Shown here piece by piece: positions 10,952 to 21,220 of a stretch of DNA of 64,000 nucleotides. The translations under genes and the position numbers were made by a program. The DNA is from Candidatus Bathyarchaeota archaeon (GTDB taxonomy: Archaea > Thermoproteota > Bathyarchaeia > Bathyarchaeales > Bathycorpusculaceae): the NCBI GenBank assembly GCA_963827165.1, contig CAWGZR010000005.1:576001-640000 (forward strand). The letters are read 5' to 3'. The notes beneath the pieces were generated by a model, which worked only from the letters and a program-made list of their open reading frames with translations, had not been told where the DNA came from and did no database searches. Each line of letters opens with the position of its first letter. The stretch's first letter is position 1.

Positions 10952-11731
10952 ATGAAGGTTGCTGTTTCCGGCAAAGGCGGTGTTGGAAAAACGCTCATTG
11001 CAGGTGGCTTAGCCCGTGGTTTTGTTGAACGCGGATTAAAAACTATGGCGATTGACGCAGATTCCTCACCGAACCTTGGGTTAACATTGGGTTTGTCAAC
11101 TGAGGAAACCCGCAAAATAGTGCCTATTACAGAGAATAAGCCGCTGGTGGAGTCTAAAACAAGCACTGGTTACAACAGTGTTTACAATTTGAATTTCACG
11201 GTTGATGACATTGTCAGAGACTATTCAATAGCCACTCCTTTAGGCGTAAACTTGATTGTTATGGGGACTGTACAGGCTATGGAAGCGGGTTGCATGTGCG
11301 CTCCAAACGCTGTTATCCGTGCCCTGCTAAGACATCTCGTCGTAGACCGAAACGAAGCTGTTGTTATGGATTTAGAAGCGGGAGTTGAGCATATGGGCCG
11401 AGGAACCGCTCGTCAAGTTGACGCATTGCTAATTGTTGCTGATTCAAATTTGAAGTCGCTGGAAATAGCTAAACACATTAATGACCTGGCATCAGCGGCG
11501 GGCATGAAACAGCTCTACCTTGTCGCCAATCGTGTTATGAATGATGGACAAAAAAAAGCCGTACAAACCTTCGCCGATCAAAATGGCTTAACCATGCTTG
11601 CTTTTGTGCCCTGGGACCAAAAAGTGATTGACGCCGACATGATGGGTATAACCCCACTAAGGAACAAGGAAATTCAGGCTGTAAAAGCAATAGATGACAT
11701 ATGCGATTTATTGTTGAAAAAAAACCGGTGA
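10952..11731 (+). CDS. cooC: CooC/AcsF nickel-insertion ATPase
   Basis: GKGGVGKT deviant Walker A, IDAD, GCMC Ni-binding motif, DLEAGVEH. Confidence 0.9.
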   Translation: MKVAVSGKGGVGKTLIAGGLARGFVERGLKTMAIDADSSPNLGLTLGLSTEETRKIVPITENKPLVESKTSTGYNSVYNLNFTVDDIVRDYSIATPLGVNLIVMGTVQAMEAGCMCAPNAVIRALLRHLVVDRNEAVVMDLEAGVEHMGRGTARQVDALLIVADSNLKSLEIAKHINDLASAAGMKQLYLVANRVMNDGQKKAVQTFADQNGLTMLAFVPWDQKVIDADMMGITPLRNKEIQAVKAIDDICDLLLKKNR

Positions 11732-11748
11732 ACCCAGCGGTGCCGGCG

Positions 11749-12251
11749 ATGAGCGAATTTCTAATCAAGCCAATTGGAATTTTGCACTCGCCATTCAAGG
11801 AACCTCAAAACGTACCATACAGACAGCCGCAGCTGAGGGTATCTGCGGAACCATCGAAATCTTTCCCCAGTATGTCGAGGGCTTACAAGATCTTGACGGT
11901 TTCTCACATGTTATCCTCCTCTACAACTTTCACCTCATAAAAGGTAGCTCTTTAATGGTTAAACCATTCCTTGACGACAAACTTCACGGTGTTTTCGCCA
12001 CCCGTTCTCCTGCTAGACCAAACAGAATCGGCATATCAATTGTTCACCTGACCGCAATAGAGAACTGCACATTATACATTCAAGATGTGGATATGATTGA
12101 TGGGACGCCGCTGCTTGACATCAAGCTTTACGTCCCCAAGTTTGACTGCGGGAAAACGGCAAAGATAGGCTGGTTTAGCGGCAAAATCAGCAAACTACTA
12201 ACAACCAAAGATGATGGCAGATTTTGCGCTCAATCAAAGTCGCGCCCATGA
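11749..12251 (+). pseudogene. tsaA: TsaA/TrmO (YaeB) family methyltransferase with a 1-bp frameshift near 11815
   Basis: MSEFLIKPIGILHSPFKE in one frame continues as IQTAAA...EGLQDLDGFSHV...GVFATRSPARPNRIG...DGTPLLDIK in the next. Confidence 0.8.
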
Positions 12252-12339
12252 ATCTGAAACAAAAAAACATTACCCTCACCGTAGACAATATATGCGAGCT
12301 TTTGCTAAAGAAATGACGTTAACTTTGAGGTTTTATTCT

Positions 12340-13104
12340 ATGAAAACTCTTGTGACAATCGGACGTGGCGGAACAGGAAAATCCAGTTTCACAGCCCTTA
12401 TGGCCAAATCCTTCATTGAATCAAGCCAAGCGCCCCTTTTGCTGGTTGACGCTGACCCAGATCAGAACCTGGCTGAGATGCTGGGAATTGACCTTAAAGA
12501 GGCGGGGAAATCAACCATCGCCGAATTACTCGTGAGCACTTTTATTGAACAGGGCGGTACCACAGTCGGTGTTCCGCCTTCGGAACGTATAGAAAGCCGT
12601 ATCTGGGAAAATGGTCTTTATGAGAGCAAAAACTTCGATTTCCTCGCTGTTGGCACCAAGTGGGTTGAAGGCTGTTACTGCATGCCAAACGCCGCATTGA
12701 AAGGCGCTTTGGAATCGATAACAAAAAGTTACAAGTACATGCTGGTTGATTCTCCAGCCGGGCTCGAGAACTTGAACAGGCGAATCACCTCAGACGTCAA
12801 CGACATATTTGACATATTGGATCACTCTAAGAAATCCCAAGACCACGTAAGAAGAGCCTTCAAGATTGCTAAGGAAGTCGAGATGAAGTTTGACAACTTC
12901 TATTTGATCGGCGGCTACCGTTTTCCAGCGGAGTTGGGGAAGCAAGCTGAGGCTGACTTAGGATTCAAATTCTTAGGAAAAATCACTGAAGACGAAGATT
13001 TGGACGAGTTTGTGCTTGACGGGAAATCACTGCTTGACTTGTCAAACGACAATGAAGCTTACCTTTCAGTGAAGGCTATTCTAAAGACGCTTGGTTACCT
13101 GTAG
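12340..13104 (+). CDS. cooC: Second CooC/AcsF-like ATPase
   Basis: GRGGTGKS, VDADPDQNL, EGCYC, DSPAGLENL; directly upstream of cdhA. Confidence 0.85.
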   Translation: MKTLVTIGRGGTGKSSFTALMAKSFIESSQAPLLLVDADPDQNLAEMLGIDLKEAGKSTIAELLVSTFIEQGGTTVGVPPSERIESRIWENGLYESKNFDFLAVGTKWVEGCYCMPNAALKGALESITKSYKYMLVDSPAGLENLNRRITSDVNDIFDILDHSKKSQDHVRRAFKIAKEVEMKFDNFYLIGGYRFPAELGKQAEADLGFKFLGKITEDEDLDEFVLDGKSLLDLSNDNEAYLSVKAILKTLGYL

Positions 13105-13258
13105 CCAACTGTTTACATTCTAAACTTGTTTCTTTACACAATTTTTCGGAAAGTTTGCATTTCTTCAGTTGTTCCATGACTTTTGACTTTGAATCTGGAA
13201 AGGTTTAAAAACAAATTGCGCCAGTCTTTACCTAAACCTTTACAGAGGAGTCATTAAT

Positions 13259-15610
13259 TTGACTACTAAAAACGTTAACGTAAAAATAGATGAAATGAAG
13301 ACCAACTCTGGTCTAATAAAAAACCTCGAGGTCTCCATCGGCAAAGTTATCAACGACAACTACACTGAAGAGCCAATGGGACCGACCCCTATGCCATCTA
13401 TCACGGCCCTTCGAGATTGGGACATGAAGCTTCTCACCAAGTACAAACCCTTCTATATGCCCGACTGTGATGCCTGCTGTCTCTGCACTTTCGGAAAATG
13501 CGACTTAACCGCTGGAAAACGTGGCGCCTGCGGCATAGATATCGCAACTCAATCTTCTCGTATTGTGATGTTGGCTTGCGCCATTGGAGCAGCCTGTCAC
13601 ACAGCTCACTCACGACATCTTCTTCATCACTTAATCGAGAAATATGGGCGCAGATACCCATTAAACGTGGGTGGCTTAAACGTAAAAGTTGAAGCTCCAG
13701 TCACCCGCTTGGTTACGGGTATAAAGCCTGAAACACTCGGTGACCTTGATGACGTTTTAACTTATACTGAAGAGCAAATTACCCAAATTCTTGCAGTTGG
13801 ACACACAGGTCAAGAAGGTAACAACTTAGACTTTGAATCCAAAGCCATGCATGTCGGCATGATTGACCACGTAGGCATGGAAGTAGGCGACATCGCGCAA
13901 ATTTCCACTTTAGGCTATCCCAAAGCAGACCCAGAAGCTCCACTCGTAAAGCTAGGCATAGGCAGTGTAGATAGAACTAAACCAGTCATCATGTGCATCG
14001 GACATAATGTCGTTCCATCAGTTGGAATTATTGATTATGCAAAAGAAACCAAAGTTGACGACAAAATCGAAATTGTCGGTTTATGCTGTACAGCACACGA
14101 CATGACAAGGTATTACGACCGCGCGAGGGTCGTAGGACCAATCAGCTGGGAGTTAAGATTCGTCCGAGCAGGATTAGCAGACGTGCTAGTACTTGACGAA
14201 CAATGCATCCGAACAGACATCTATGACGAAGCAGCAAAAGTTAACGCCCCAGTAATTGCAGCGTCAGAAAAGAACTGCATGGGCTTTAAGAACCGCACAA
14301 ACGACCCAGCAGACGAAATCGTCGCTGACCTGGTAAGCGGCAAAGTCAAAGGTGTCCTGATTCTTGACCCAGAAAAAGTCGGCGAAGTCGCTGTCCGCGT
14401 CGCACAAAAAGTCGCTCCAATACGCAAACGAAAAACCAGTCTTCCAAGCATGGAGGAAATTACGCAAATCGCCAAAGCTTGCACCCAATGCAAGAGTTGC
14501 CAACGCAACTGCCCACAAGACTACGCAATCCCAGCCGCCATGAAAGCAGCAGCAAAAGGCGACCTAAACCTACTGGAAGAACTCTATGAAACCTGCATTG
14601 GATGCGGAAGATGCGAAGAAGCATGCCCACAGAAAATCATGATTCATAGCCTCATCGTAAAAGCAGGCGAAAAAGCAATGTATGCAGAAAACAACTTGTG
14701 CCGATCAGGCAGAGGCCAAGTTTCAGACGTAGAAATCCGTAATGTCGGCAGCCCAATTGTTCTCGGAGAAATCCCGGGAATCGTTGCAATCGTAGGCTGC
14801 AGCAATTATCCGAAAGGCGGCAAAGACGTATACGACATCGCAAGAGAATTCGCAAGCAGAAGATACATCGTTGCATTATCAGGCTGCTCAGCCATGTCCG
14901 CAGGCAGCTACCGCAACAGCGACGGCCAAACCATTTACGAAGAATTCCCCGGCGGCTTCGAAGCCGGCGGAGTCCTCAACACGGGTTCATGCGTATCAAA
15001 CGCACACATTGCAGGCGCAGCAATCAAAGTAGCCAACATTTTCGCAAAACGACCCTTAAGAGGCAACTATGAAGAAATCGCAGATTACATACATAACCGC
15101 CTCGGCGCAGTCGGCTTAGCTTGGGGTGCATACTCACAGAAAGCTGCGGCAATCGCAGCAGGATTCTGGCGTTTAGGGGTACCTGTCCTCGTTGGACCAC
15201 ACGGAGTAAAGTACCGTCGTATGCTCCTCGGCAGAGAAGACCACCCAGAAGACTTCGAAGTTTTCGATGCACGCACAGGAGACAAAGTGAAAGTCGGCCC
15301 AGCACCAGAACACCTCTTCAACATAGCAGAAACCAAAGAGGAATGCATGGTTGCAATCGCAAAACTATGCATCAGACCAAACGACACATGGAAAGGACGC
15401 AGCATCAAACTGAGCCACTATGTTGACCTCAGCAAACGTTACATGGGAGTAATGCCAACTGACCTGCATCTATTCGTGAGAACAATGGCTGATGTCCCAA
15501 TGACCCTCAAAGACGAATTCGCCACAATACTGGAAGCACACGACTGGAAAGAAACAATAATTCCAGACCCAACATTGCTTCCAAGAATGATCAGAAAAAT
15601 GAAGGAGTGA
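13259..15610 (+). CDS. cdhA: ACDS complex alpha subunit (CO dehydrogenase)
   Basis: CDACCLCTFGKC, IGHNV, GLCCTAHD, DEQC, two ferredoxin motifs, GSCVSN. Confidence 0.97.
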   Translation: MTTKNVNVKIDEMKTNSGLIKNLEVSIGKVINDNYTEEPMGPTPMPSITALRDWDMKLLTKYKPFYMPDCDACCLCTFGKCDLTAGKRGACGIDIATQSSRIVMLACAIGAACHTAHSRHLLHHLIEKYGRRYPLNVGGLNVKVEAPVTRLVTGIKPETLGDLDDVLTYTEEQITQILAVGHTGQEGNNLDFESKAMHVGMIDHVGMEVGDIAQISTLGYPKADPEAPLVKLGIGSVDRTKPVIMCIGHNVVPSVGIIDYAKETKVDDKIEIVGLCCTAHDMTRYYDRARVVGPISWELRFVRAGLADVLVLDEQCIRTDIYDEAAKVNAPVIAASEKNCMGFKNRTNDPADEIVADLVSGKVKGVLILDPEKVGEVAVRVAQKVAPIRKRKTSLPSMEEITQIAKACTQCKSCQRNCPQDYAIPAAMKAAAKGDLNLLEELYETCIGCGRCEEACPQKIMIHSLIVKAGEKAMYAENNLCRSGRGQVSDVEIRNVGSPIVLGEIPGIVAIVGCSNYPKGGKDVYDIAREFASRRYIVALSGCSAMSAGSYRNSDGQTIYEEFPGGFEAGGVLNTGSCVSNAHIAGAAIKVANIFAKRPLRGNYEEIADYIHNRLGAVGLAWGAYSQKAAAIAAGFWRLGVPVLVGPHGVKYRRMLLGREDHPEDFEVFDARTGDKVKVGPAPEHLFNIAETKEECMVAIAKLCIRPNDTWKGRSIKLSHYVDLSKRYMGVMPTDLHLFVRTMADVPMTLKDEFATILEAHDWKETIIPDPTLLPRMIRKMKE

Positions 15611-15617
15611 GTGTAAA

Positions 15618-16160
15618 ATGTCATGTGAACCCTGGCAATGTGCAGAAATAGCAACAAGTAAAAAAGCAAACCCAATTCAAAAACCCGAGATAGCAGTAGC
15701 AATGATGAAAAAAGCTCAACACCCCATTCTTATTGTGGGAAGCAACGCCACAGAAAGATGTCTCGACGGCAAACTATTAATCGAATACCTAATTGACCTT
15801 GCAAAAGCATCAAAAGTACCTGTAGTAGCCACAGCCCACATGGTTGGCGAATTCCTGAAACGCGGATACGAACCCGCAGCATTCATGAATGCAATGGAAA
15901 TCGGCAACCTAGTTGTCGACCCAACCTGGCAGGGCTTAGACGGCAAAGGACACCCAGACCTCGTTATGACGGTGGGGTTGCCTTACTATGTCGAATCTTT
16001 GATGCTCTGCGGACTAAAACATTTTGCACCCGATCTGAAAACCATGACGCTGGACAATCTGTTCCATGTTCATGCAAGCTGGTCTTTTCCAAACGCAACC
16101 CTCGAGGAATGGGCTGCAAATCTCAAAGTCATGACTTCAAAATTTGAAGGAGGACAATAA
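15618..16160 (+). CDS. cdhB: ACDS complex epsilon subunit
   Basis: WQGLDGKGHPDLV, LKHFAP, HASWSFPN; synteny. Confidence 0.95.
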   Translation: MSCEPWQCAEIATSKKANPIQKPEIAVAMMKKAQHPILIVGSNATERCLDGKLLIEYLIDLAKASKVPVVATAHMVGEFLKRGYEPAAFMNAMEIGNLVVDPTWQGLDGKGHPDLVMTVGLPYYVESLMLCGLKHFAPDLKTMTLDNLFHVHASWSFPNATLEEWAANLKVMTSKFEGGQ

Positions 16161-16165
16161 AAAAA

Positions 16166-17578
16166 ATGTCAATGTTTAAAGATATACCTGTTGAAGTTGG
16201 CGTAATCTACGAAGGAGAACGCATCAGAAGGAACGACATGCAAATTGAACTCGGCGGACCCACAGTCAAACAAAAGTTTGAATTAGCAAAAGTAAAACCC
16301 ATGGACCAAATCGACGATGGAAAAATCACCATAATCGGACCCGACATAAAAGACATGAAGGAAGGCGGAGCATACCCGCTTGGCATTCTTGTCGAAGCTG
16401 CAGGCGAAAAACTCGACGCGGGACTCGAAGGAGTCATTGAAAGACGCATTCACGGATACCTCAACTACATCGAAGGATTCATGCACCTAAACCAGCGCTA
16501 CGACATCTGGATACGCCTCGGCAAAAAATCATTCCAGAAAGGCTTAAACAGCTTTGAACCAATCGGCAAAGTCCTGTATCGCCTCTTTAAGAGTGAGTTG
16601 CCAATTATCGAGAAAGTACAAATCACTTTCATTACAGACACAGCCAAACTTGACGAAATGTACCCGGAAGCAGTCCAAGCATATGAGTCACGTGACGCAA
16701 AGGCAAGAGGCCTCAAAGACGAAGACGTTGACACATTCTACGGCTGCGCTCTATGTCAATCATTCGCGCCAAGCCACGTCTGCGTAATCACACCCCAAAG
16801 ATACAGCAACTGCGGCGCTATCAGCTGGTTCGACGGCAAAGCCTCAGCAAGCATTGACCCCAAAGGTCCAGTCTTCGCAATACCCCGCGGACAAATGCTA
16901 AATGCTGAAAAAGGCGAATTCAGCGGCGTAAACGAAACCGCAAAGAAACGAAGCATGGGCGAAGTCAATCAAGTCTGGCTCTATACAGCATTTGACCACC
17001 CGCACACTTCATGCGGATGCTTCGAAGCAGTAACCTTCTATATCCCAGAAGTCGACGGCTTAGCAGTTGTTCACAGAAGCTTCAAAGGTGCAACAGTAAA
17101 CGGCTTACCCTTTAGCACCATCGCAGACTCAGCGGCAGGCGGAAGACAAATCGATGGTTTCCACGGAATGTCCATTGAATATATGCGAAGCAAGAAATTC
17201 TTTGCAGCAGACGGCGGATGGAACCGCGTCGTTTGGGTACCTAAAGAAGTCAAAGAACGAGTCAAAGACTTTATCCCAGCAGAACTGGTTGACAAAGTAG
17301 CAACTGAAGAAGACGCAAAAACCGTTGATGAACTTAAGGCCTTCCTAAAAGCCAAAAATCACCCCGTAGTAGCAAGATGGGCAGCCGAAGAAGCACCAGC
17401 ACCTGAAGCGCAAGCAATACAAGTCACTGAAGAAGCAGCAGGCACAATGATGCCAGTTGCAACGGCAGGAACACTACCGATAATGGCGGGCGGCTTTAGA
17501 ATCATACTCAAAGACGCAAAGATCTATGCTAACAAAGTCATAATCCAAACCGTCAAAGACGACAAAGACAAGCGGTGA
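16166..17578 (+). CDS. cdhC: ACDS complex beta subunit (acetyl-CoA synthase)
   Basis: YEGERIRR, CALCQSFAPSHVC, PHTSCGCFE A-cluster ligands. Confidence 0.97.
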   Translation: MSMFKDIPVEVGVIYEGERIRRNDMQIELGGPTVKQKFELAKVKPMDQIDDGKITIIGPDIKDMKEGGAYPLGILVEAAGEKLDAGLEGVIERRIHGYLNYIEGFMHLNQRYDIWIRLGKKSFQKGLNSFEPIGKVLYRLFKSELPIIEKVQITFITDTAKLDEMYPEAVQAYESRDAKARGLKDEDVDTFYGCALCQSFAPSHVCVITPQRYSNCGAISWFDGKASASIDPKGPVFAIPRGQMLNAEKGEFSGVNETAKKRSMGEVNQVWLYTAFDHPHTSCGCFEAVTFYIPEVDGLAVVHRSFKGATVNGLPFSTIADSAAGGRQIDGFHGMSIEYMRSKKFFAADGGWNRVVWVPKEVKERVKDFIPAELVDKVATEEDAKTVDELKAFLKAKNHPVVARWAAEEAPAPEAQAIQVTEEAAGTMMPVATAGTLPIMAGGFRIILKDAKIYANKVIIQTVKDDKDKR

Positions 17579-18831
17579 CACAGTTGCCCACAGACGGCGA
17601 CAAGAAAAAAGAAGATGAAGGACTAAAACTCAGCAATGAGTTAATGGAAGCCCTCGCGAAATTCAAACAAATCGAACTTGAAGATTTCCAAATCGACGTC
17701 AAAGAGCTTGAACTAATCTTCGAACCCGGCATGGCTGGGCAAATAATGCCCAAGCTAAAGCTCCCCGTTTCATTGGCAGCCGCAGGCGGAAAACCCACAT
17801 CAATGCTTCAAGTGCCATTCATACCACCAGTAGAAACGTATCCCAACACGATAACAGAAGTCAAACTCGGCGCAACCCGAAAAGAAGGCGGAACACGCGG
17901 AACAACCTTCACCATAGGCGGCGAAAAATCACCTGCATTCTACAACTTCGAGCGACCAACCACCCACAAACCCGTCATCACACTTGACGTTTTTGACATG
18001 GAAGTGCCACTGAGCAAAGCCGTCAAGATGCACGTTAAAGATGTCGTTGGAGATCCAGCGGCATGGGCAAAACTTGCAGTAGAGCAGTTCAAAGCCGACA
18101 TGGTAACAATCCACTTAATCAGCATCGACCCACTGCTAAAGGACGCTACTCCAAAAGACGCAGTGAAAACAGTTGAAAAAGTTTTGCAAGCAGTTGATGT
18201 TCCACTAGTCATCGGCGGATGCGGAGATCCAGTTAAAGACGCAAACGTTTTCGAAGCAATATGCGAGGCTTTCCCAGGCGAACGATTCCTAATCAGCTCG
18301 ATAACACGAGACATGGACGTTGAACGCTGCGCCAAATTCGTCAAAAAAGCAGGACATGCAGCACTCTCATTCACACCAATGGATCTCAACTTAGCGCGGG
18401 AACTTAACAGACGGCTATACGACTACTTAGGCAGAGAAGACATAGTCATGGACTTAACCACCGCAGCGTTAGGCTACGGCTTAGATTACGCGTTCACCAA
18501 CATGGAACGCGCAAGGCTCGGCGGATTAATGGGCGATATGGAACTTGCTCATCCGATGTCATCGGGAACAACCAATGCGTGGGCTGCACGAGAAGCTTGG
18601 CTGAAAATGTCCACGGAATGGGAACCACGCGAACTGCGAGGCCCGCTCTGGGAGGTAACCACTGCCCTGACACTTCTGCTTGCAGGCGTTGACCTGTTCA
18701 TGATGATGCATCCAGCAGCCGTCAAAACACTCAAAGACGTTACTAACTACCTGACCAGCGGCAAAAAAGCAGACGCATCCAAGTATGCTGACTGGGTAAC
18801 CATGAAAGCCCAAGGGGTTGGAAAACAATGA
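17575..18831 (+). CDS. cdhD: ACDS complex delta subunit (CoFeSP small subunit)
   Basis: LGATRKEGGTRG, ALGYGLDY, NAWAAREAW, MMMHP. Confidence 0.95.
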   Translation: MTQLPTDGDKKKEDEGLKLSNELMEALAKFKQIELEDFQIDVKELELIFEPGMAGQIMPKLKLPVSLAAAGGKPTSMLQVPFIPPVETYPNTITEVKLGATRKEGGTRGTTFTIGGEKSPAFYNFERPTTHKPVITLDVFDMEVPLSKAVKMHVKDVVGDPAAWAKLAVEQFKADMVTIHLISIDPLLKDATPKDAVKTVEKVLQAVDVPLVIGGCGDPVKDANVFEAICEAFPGERFLISSITRDMDVERCAKFVKKAGHAALSFTPMDLNLARELNRRLYDYLGREDIVMDLTTAALGYGLDYAFTNMERARLGGLMGDMELAHPMSSGTTNAWAAREAWLKMSTEWEPRELRGPLWEVTTALTLLLAGVDLFMMMHPAAVKTLKDVTNYLTSGKKADASKYADWVTMKAQGVGKQ

Positions 18832-20249
18832 CCGAGAAAAAAAGAGCCAGCTTAAAAGAATTAAGCCCCATTGACATTTACAAGGTTCTACCAAAAATCA
18901 ACTGCAAAGAATGCGGCCAAGACAACTGCATGGCGTTCGCCACAAAAATCGTTAACCGCGAAGTAGAACTCGACAGCTGCAAACCACTTCTAAAACCAGA
19001 AAACGCAAAAGCCTACGAGAAACTCAAGGACATTCTTAAGCCAGCCGTTAAAGAAGTCGTAGTTGGAGTCGGCGACAAAGCAAAGAAACTCGGCGGCAAA
19101 CTCGTAATGTACCGCCATGAATTCACCTACAAGAACCCAACAGCTATCGCAATCGACGTAACCGACGAAATGCCAATTCAAGAAGTCGTCTCACGAGTTC
19201 AGTACACCGAAAACTTCACCTTCGAATACATTGGAAACACACTAAAGCTGGACATGATCGCGGTAAGATGCACATCAGGCGATGCAGACAAATTCAAAGC
19301 AGTAGTCAAAAAAGTCGCGGAAACAACCAAACTACCACTAATCATATGCACATTGAACCCAGCCATAGCAGAGGCAGGCCTAATGGCAATACCCAAGGCA
19401 AAACCGCTACTCTACGCGGCAACCCCAAGCAACTGGAAAGACATGGCGGAACTCGCATTAATGTACGAATGCCCACTAGTCGCATCAGCACCAAACGACA
19501 TGACCGCACTAGTTTCACTCACAAAGACATTGATGACTTACGGAGTAACCGATTTGGTTTTAGACCCGGGCACCTTCCCCAACGAAGGCTTACCTGATAC
19601 AATAAACAACTTCACGATGCTACGCAGAGCGGCAACTAAAGGCGGCGAAGAACTTGCAGGATTCCCGTTAATGGGCGTACCAATGGTCGCATGGGAGGAC
19701 GCAGCAACAGCTGAAGACCTCTTGAAATGGCGCGAAGCATACTTAGCGTCAATGCTCATAGTACGTTACGCAGATGTGCTCGTCATGCACACAGTAAGCG
19801 GCTGGTCACTTCTACCCTCAACAGTGCTTAGGCAAAACATTTACACTGACCCACGCAAACCCGTCGCTGTAGCTCCAGGACTCAAAGTATTCGGAACACC
19901 AGACGAAAACTCGCCAGTAATGTTCACCACAAACTTCGCCCTAACATACTATACCGTCGCATCAGACATCGAAAGCAGCAAACTCAATGCATACCTAATT
20001 GTGGTTGAAACAGAAGGCAGCGCAATCGACAGCGGAGTCGCAGGAAGAAAACTAACTGCGGAACGCGTAGCCGACGCAATAAAAGCCTCAGGCATAGAGA
20101 GCAAAGTCAAACACAGAAAACTCTTAATCCCCGGCAAAGCATCACGAATCAGCGGCGAAATCGAAGAACTCAGCGGCTGGAAAGTCCTCGTTGGACCGCG
20201 CGACAGTAGCGAGATACCCAAGTATCTCATTGAGAAATGGCAACCATAA
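18828..20249 (+). CDS. cdhE: ACDS complex gamma subunit (CoFeSP large subunit)
   Basis: LPKINCKECG..CMAFA, RQNIYTDPRKP, TTNFALTYY, VGPRDS. Confidence 0.97.
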   Translation: MTEKKRASLKELSPIDIYKVLPKINCKECGQDNCMAFATKIVNREVELDSCKPLLKPENAKAYEKLKDILKPAVKEVVVGVGDKAKKLGGKLVMYRHEFTYKNPTAIAIDVTDEMPIQEVVSRVQYTENFTFEYIGNTLKLDMIAVRCTSGDADKFKAVVKKVAETTKLPLIICTLNPAIAEAGLMAIPKAKPLLYAATPSNWKDMAELALMYECPLVASAPNDMTALVSLTKTLMTYGVTDLVLDPGTFPNEGLPDTINNFTMLRRAATKGGEELAGFPLMGVPMVAWEDAATAEDLLKWREAYLASMLIVRYADVLVMHTVSGWSLLPSTVLRQNIYTDPRKPVAVAPGLKVFGTPDENSPVMFTTNFALTYYTVASDIESSKLNAYLIVVETEGSAIDSGVAGRKLTAERVADAIKASGIESKVKHRKLLIPGKASRISGEIEELSGWKVLVGPRDSSEIPKYLIEKWQP

Positions 20250-20417
20250 GCCATACCCCTTCTTCTTTTTAGTTTTTTCTTATTATTCTTAGCAAAAAAT
20301 TTGTAACCTGCAATTGTACGTAATACCTTCCCGTGTTTCTTTCGGTTTTTTTTCTGAATTAGCGGTTGTTCATTAAGTTTTTATTTTAGATTGGGAATTG
20401 GGATTGTGGTGATTTTT

Positions 20418-20816
20418 TTGGATCATACGATTGTGCATTTTGAGATTCCAGCCAACGACATCGAGAAGATCAAGCAGTTTTATGTTGAGTTGTTCGGTTG
20501 GAAAATGGAAAAATACCCTGGACCGACAACATACTATCTTGTGGGAACTGTTCCCGTGGATGAAAAGACAATGATGCCTATCCGACCTGGTGTCAATGGT
20601 GGATTATACAATAGGAAGGACTCTTCAATGCCTGAAATGGCCAAGCCAACGAACTACATTTTAGTAGAGTCAGTCGAGGAATACAGTAAGAAGGTTGAGG
20701 CGTTGGGCGGCAAAATTGTTGTGCCTAAGATGGAGATTCCCGGATTAGGCTGGTGGGCGCTGGCGCTGGACCCTGAAGGCAATCACTTCGGATTGTTGGA
20801 GTACATGCAGAAGTAA
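20418..20816 (+). CDS. VOC/glyoxalase family protein
   Basis: IVHFEIPA...FYVELFGW...DPEGNHFGL; TTG start after GGTGA SD. Confidence 0.9.
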   Translation: MDHTIVHFEIPANDIEKIKQFYVELFGWKMEKYPGPTTYYLVGTVPVDEKTMMPIRPGVNGGLYNRKDSSMPEMAKPTNYILVESVEEYSKKVEALGGKIVVPKMEIPGLGWWALALDPEGNHFGLLEYMQK

Positions 20817-20866
20817 TTGAAATTCGCGACAAAGAATTTCTGCACATGAAAAATCGCGAAGGGGCC

Positions 20867-20897
20867 GCCAACTGAGGGTTCTGTTGGCTTTCTTTGG
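20867..20897 (+). terminator. Hairpin plus T-tract after the VOC gene
   Basis: GCCAAC-N10-GTTGGC followed by TTTCTTT. Confidence 0.4.
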
Positions 20898-20930
20898 CTT
20901 CTATTTGCGATTGGCAGGCGTGGAAATGTC

Positions 20931-21010
20931 TTTTTTAGATGTTTTTAGATGAAAATAGATTTTTCTAGATGTTTCTAGAGCTTTTTAGATGTTTTTAGAT
21001 TTTTCTAGAG
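20931..21010. repeat. Tandem array of eight 10-bp units (consensus KTTTYTAGAK)
   Basis: ttttttagat gtttttagat gaaaatagat ttttctagat gtttctagag ctttttagat gtttttagat ttttctagag. Confidence 0.85.
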
Positions 21011-21220
21011 ACCAGTTACAACCAATCCAAGCCCTAAACCAAGAAAGCAATCCAAAACACAAACAAAAAAATTTTGGCCAAAAAATACTCTCTCCTTTCT
21101 CTTTTACTTTAAACCCTGAAAATGTCAAAATAGCCCTGCTTTTGAGCTAAATATGTACTAAAAGCTGATAAACCCCTTTTTTCACTTACATCCCCATTCA
21201 AGGGCGAGAAGGGACTAAAG

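Noticed and set aside
13434-20254. Many antisense or alternate-frame ORFs over cdh genes (also over copA, pur and polyP genes)
   Set aside because: Shadows of strongly codon-biased real genes with no motifs
20931-21010. Possible CRISPR array
   Set aside because: Units are 10 bp, contiguous and have no spacers; no cas genes in the window
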